A stretch of DNA of 63,644 nt, filler included, from Folioceros fuciformis (lineage: Eukaryota), in assembly GCA_049999805.1 (NCBI GenBank). It is 9 parts of 9 records of this genome, joined end to end, with 100 filler letters (N's around TTAATTAATTAA, not from the genome) between each part and the next. Parts side by side here need not be neighbours in the genome. Positions count along the whole stretch, not along the records: positions 49,931 to 59,573 come from JBNGIO010005622.1; positions 59,674 to 60,880 come from JBNGIO010005623.1; positions 60,981 to 62,485 come from JBNGIO010005647.1; positions 62,586 to 63,644 come from JBNGIO010005649.1; 5 more parts are not named here. One strand, given 5' to 3'. Under the pieces are notes generated by a model. It saw only the letters and a program-made list of their open reading frames with translations, made no database searches and was not told the origin of the DNA. A program made the translations under genes and the position numbers. Positions 59,231-63,644 of the stretch are shown here, piece by piece; position 1 is the first letter of the stretch; every line of letters begins with the position of its first letter.

Positions 59231-59340
59231 CAAAGAGCCATCCTATGCGCACTCGATATGTCCTCTCAAGTTGCGCCTAGATCTCATGAGCCTTGAGCAA
59301 ATATTCTACATCTGGAATTAAAACAGCATCCAAACCAGCT

Positions 59341-59573
59341 GTCCTTGTAGCCTTGTACACCAGCACCTACAGCCGTGGTCAGCAGCGTGCCAGTCCAGCA
59401 GCGTCCTTGTAGCCTTGTACACCAGCACCTACAGCCGTGGTCAGCAGCGTGCCAGTCCAGCAGCGTCCTTGTAGCCTTGTACACCAGCACCTACAGCCGT
59501 GGTCAGCAGCGTGCCAGTCCAGCAGCGTCCTTGTAGCCTTGTACACCAGCACCTACAGCCGTGGTCAGCAGCG
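59341..59573. repeat. 62-bp perfect tandem repeat (at least 3.75 copies) running into gap
   Basis: gtccttgtagccttgtacaccagcacctacagccgtggtcagcagcgtgccagtccagcagc. Confidence 0.96.
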
Positions 59574-59673
59574 NNNNNNNNNNNNNNNNNNNNNNNNNNN
59601 NNNNNNNNNNNNNNNNNTTAATTAATTAANNNNNNNNNNNNNNNNNNNNNNNNNNNNNNNNNNNNNNNNNNNN

Positions 59674-60880
59674 CCTTATGCTTCTTATGACTTCCGGCCT
59701 TCTACTCATGCTGCCATTCCTGGCAGCACTCCCATTTTGCTGGATCCTGTTTCCATGGATGAAGCCTATGCTGGTCCTGATGCTGATAAGTGGCAAGCTG
59801 CAGTAGAGGAGGAATACCAGTCTATCCTTAAAAATAAAACATGGGAACTTACAGACTTGCCACCTGGTAGGAAGGCTGTCACTTGCAAATGGGTCTTCAA
59901 GACCAAACTTAATGCTGAAGGTGAGATTGCCCGTTATAAGGCCAGGCTCTGTGCTCGTGGATTTTCTCAAGTTCCTGGCCTAGATTACCAAGGAACTTTT
60001 TCCCCTGTCGTACGAGCACAATCTATTAGGATGCTGTTAGCCATATCTGCGGAACTGAACTTGGAATTGCATCAAATGGATGTGTGTACTGCTTTTCTAC
60101 ATGGGGAGATTAATGAGGAAATTTACATGGAGCAGCCCCAGGGTTATGTGGATAAACGTTTTCCTAACAAGGTACTGAGGCTACTCAAAGCCCTGTATGG
60201 GCTTAAGCAAAGTGCCATGCTGTGGAATGAGAAACTTGACGCTGAACTCAAAGCTCTAGGTTTTACACAAAGTTCAGCAGACTCATCTGTATATTATCTT
60301 GTCGACAGCTCAGCCTTTTGCATTCTTGCAGTGTATGTAGACGACTGCATCTTTGCCTGTACAGATACCCATATCTTGAATAAGGTTAAAGACCTTTTAA
60401 GGGATAAATTTGAAATGAAAGATGTGGGAGCACTTAAATTCTGCCTGGGTGTTCAAGTATTAAGGAACAGAGAAAAAGGCCTCATAGTCATTCATCAAAA
60501 GAAATACTTATCTGAGATTTTGAAGCGTTTTCGGCTTGATGAAGCCAGGCCTGTGTCCACCCCTGGTTCAGTCGGTGTTAAGTTAACATCTGATCAATGT
60601 GCTTCCACTCCAGAGGAGATTGCTGATATGGAGAAGATTCCCTATAGGCACGCTGTCGGTTGCCTCATCTTCATATCAAATTGGACAAGACCTAATATCG
60701 CATTCTCAGTCAGCTGTGTATCCCAATTTCTGGAGAAGCCAGGACGAATTCATTGGGCAGCAGTGAAAAGAATCTATCGTTACCTGAAGGGGACCATGAA
60801 TTACGGTATCTTCTACCAAGCTGGTCTTCCTTCTGGTCTAACACTTGAAGCTTACACAGATGCAGATTGGGCTTCTGATC
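59674..60880 (+). mobile_element. Copia RT (open frame), family B-like
   Basis: KARLCARG, YGLKQS, VYVDD, DADWA. The start overlaps in homology with ~11850-11955. Confidence 0.95.
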
Positions 60881-60980
60881 NNNNNNNNNNNNNNNNNNNN
60901 NNNNNNNNNNNNNNNNNNNNNNNNTTAATTAATTAANNNNNNNNNNNNNNNNNNNNNNNNNNNNNNNNNNNNNNNNNNNN

Positions 60981-62485
60981 ATACGAAGCAAGCTAAGGAT
61001 GGAAGCTTGCTCATTCTGGTCCTCTATATGGATGATATGCTAATTGCTGGGACTAACAGTGATGAGATTTCAACGTTGAAGTCAAAGTTGAATGGTTGCT
61101 TTGACATGACAGACTTGGGAGAGGCAAGCCATATTCTTGGCATGCGTATTCGTCGAGACAAACAGAAGCGTTTGTTGTACTTGTCTCAGACTGAATACGT
61201 TAACAAGGTGCTTCAACGTTTCAATATGGAGAAGGGGAAGGTATTAAGTACTCCGTTGCCTCCATATGTGAAACTGTTGAGCAAGGATTGCCCAAGCTCT
61301 ACGGAGGACAAAGTTGAAATGGATAAGGTTCCATACTCATCAGCTGTAGAGAGTTTGATGTATGAAATGATTGCCACACGTCCCGACATTGCCTTTGTAG
61401 TGGGAGTGGTTAGCAGGTTTATGTCAAACCCTGGCAGGAAGCATTGGGAGGCAGTGAAAGGAGTTATGAGGTACTTGAATGGTACGAAAGCTTTGTGCTT
61501 ATGTTTTGGTAGTGAAGATGCATCTGTCATGGGATATACGGATGCTGATTATGCAGGGGATATGGACAAAAGGAGGTCCACATGAGGTTACGTCTTCATG
61601 TGCACATGAGGGGTAGTCTCATGGCGATCTCGTTTGCAATCATGCATAATGCTATCTACCACATAGGCCGAGTATGTTGCAGCAACTGAGGCATGCAAGG
61701 AAGCCATATGGCTTGCTTGTCTAGTGGGCGATTTAGGGATCAAGGTTGAGCTGCTAGTGTTGCATTGTGATAGCCAGAGTGCTATTCAATTGGCAAAGAA
61801 TCCAGTGTTTCATGCTCTGATACCACTTGAAAGGATCATTAGAGGAGCATGGTGAAGGAGAGGAGAGAAGAAGGGAGGAGGAGAGGAGAGGAGAAAGAGA
61901 GGTCTCACAGCTTTATTGCAAAGTGAGCTCAAGAGGGTATTTATACCCCCTAGAAAAGCTCCCAAGGAAGCTTCACAAGAAGCTCACAGAAAGCTATGCA
62001 GGAAGCTTCCTAAAGATTAGCTTAAGCTAATGATACTTAATTAAACACTAATCTTAGACTAATTACATTAGTCTAATTAAACTTATCACACTAGTTTAAT
62101 TAGACTAATCACATTAGTCTAAGCACATTGGGCTTTAATAACCCTACAACCGCCCCCTTAAAGGCCAATTTACCTTCATAGGGGAGTAGTCTACCTCACG
62201 CCCATGTGTGTCCGAGCTTGTGCGAACTGCTCCGAAGAGAGCCCCTTGGTAAGAACATCTGCAGGGTTCTGACTGGTGTGAACTTTGACAAGTTGTACCC
62301 TCTTGTCTTCCAACACCTCTTAAATGAAGTGATACTTCACTTCCACATGTTTGGTCTTCGCATGAAACACTGGATTCTTTGCCAATTGAATAGCACTCTG
62401 GCTATCACAATGCAACACTAGCAGCTCAACCTTGATCCCTAAATCGCCCACTAGACGAGCAAGCCATATGGCTTCCTTGCATGCC
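60981..62485. mobile_element. Copia family I: RT-RH (+) joined to an inverted RH-PPT-LTR-PBS (-)
   Basis: LYMDD...DADYAGD on + to 61815. On minus: RH end, PPT 62149-62164, LTR 61828-62148, PBS 61814-61825. Confidence 0.9.
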
Positions 62486-63644
62486 NNNNNNNNNNNNNNN
62501 NNNNNNNNNNNNNNNNNNNNNNNNNNNNNTTAATTAATTAANNNNNNNNNNNNNNNNNNNNNNNNNNNNNNNNNNNNNNNNNNNNGGGCTCTATCAGCCT
62601 TAGGGCGCACTCCCTGACCAGCTGAGGTGCTGCATGGTTCCACTTCTGGGTCATAAAAGTCAAACCCAGCTCTGCCACCAATTTTCCTGCCCTGGCTCTC
62701 CAATGCTCCATGTTGGGCCACAGAAGCAGGTCGATTTGGGGGACAGGAGGTCCCCTCTCCTGTCTAGAGGGTGCTGCTCTAGGGATCAGTTCAGGTCGCA
62801 ACCTCATCCTGGCTGCCCCCCCCCCTCTCGCGCTCGGACTCAGAACTCTTCTGCCCTAGTCGCGCTTTGGCCCTTCCTCTGTTCGCCCAGATCCCTCCAC
62901 CGCTCGCGCCTTGGGGGTCTTCCACTCCCCTGCGCTTGCTCGACCCTCATGCCCTGCGCCGTCTGTCCCGTCGTCCTGGCGCTTTCACCTTCCTCAGCCA
63001 CTTTACGCTTCACGTTACTCCCGCTCCCCACGCTTCCGGATACTGGGCAAAGCTCCCCTTTCTCTAGGGTTTTTCACCCATCGGGCTACCACCAGTCGTT
63101 CCTCCGGCGACGGTTGCCCTGCCGGCTACCGTCGCCTCGTCGTCTCGGCCCTTACTTTGGCCTACCTGAATGTTCCCAAGGACTCGAGGGTCAGGGAGGC
63201 ACTCGCTGCTTCCTCCTTCCTCTTTGTCCCGATCTCCAGTACACCCCCAAACCCTGAAGCCCAAAGTGGACTTTGGGTATAAACACCCTGGTCTTGCTCG
63301 CTTACTAAGCCGATTCGCCTGTCCCTTCACAAAAAAAATCACAACCTGCTCATTCCGTCGCTCAAAATGGGGATTCCGAAAGTTTTTTTCGTTCACACCC
63401 CCTCTTAAACTTAATGCGCTATTTGGAAATACAGAAAAGAAACATAAGGGGTATAATAGCCAGAATACGCAGGAAGACCGCGGACGGGAGGATGACGTCG
63501 CCGCCATGCTGAGCCTCACAATTTAAAAAAAAAAACCGCGGGGTGAGGGAGAAGGGCATGGGGGCGCGGGCGCGCACCAGCCACAGGTTGAGAGGATGAG
63601 CTTATTGGGTAAGCAAACCAATCAAATCGGGTGGCTTAAGAAAA

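Noticed and set aside
59341-59573. CRISPR-like array
   Set aside because: Head-to-tail identical units with no unique spacers, no cas genes, and a eukaryotic context.

Overview
Eukaryotic, plant-type repetitive DNA made of nine contigs joined by artificial 100-bp spacers (N44-TTAATTAATTAA-N44). Most of it is nested, decayed retrotransposons. I count about ten Ty1/copia elements, labelled families A-I here, most with short 150-320 bp LTRs and tRNA-iMet PBS. There are also two Ty3/gypsy fragments, two copies of an L1/Tx1-like LINE, a CRE/R2-group-like RT fragment, and two TSD-flanked solo LTRs (410 bp and 3.95 kb). Host-derived sequence is limited to two spliced exons resembling a conserved protein of flagellated eukaryotes and a pseudogenised ABCC/MRP N-terminus, which suggests a non-flowering streptophyte host (inference). 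The main signal is that all seven copia families whose 5' leader is visible (A-G) carry one or two extra sense ORFs upstream of gag-pol, often packed with 5-11 nt spacers. Two of these ORFs show codon-level purifying selection between families, and one class begins with a histone-H3-like MART N-terminus. Family A also has non-canonical AG...CT LTR termini.
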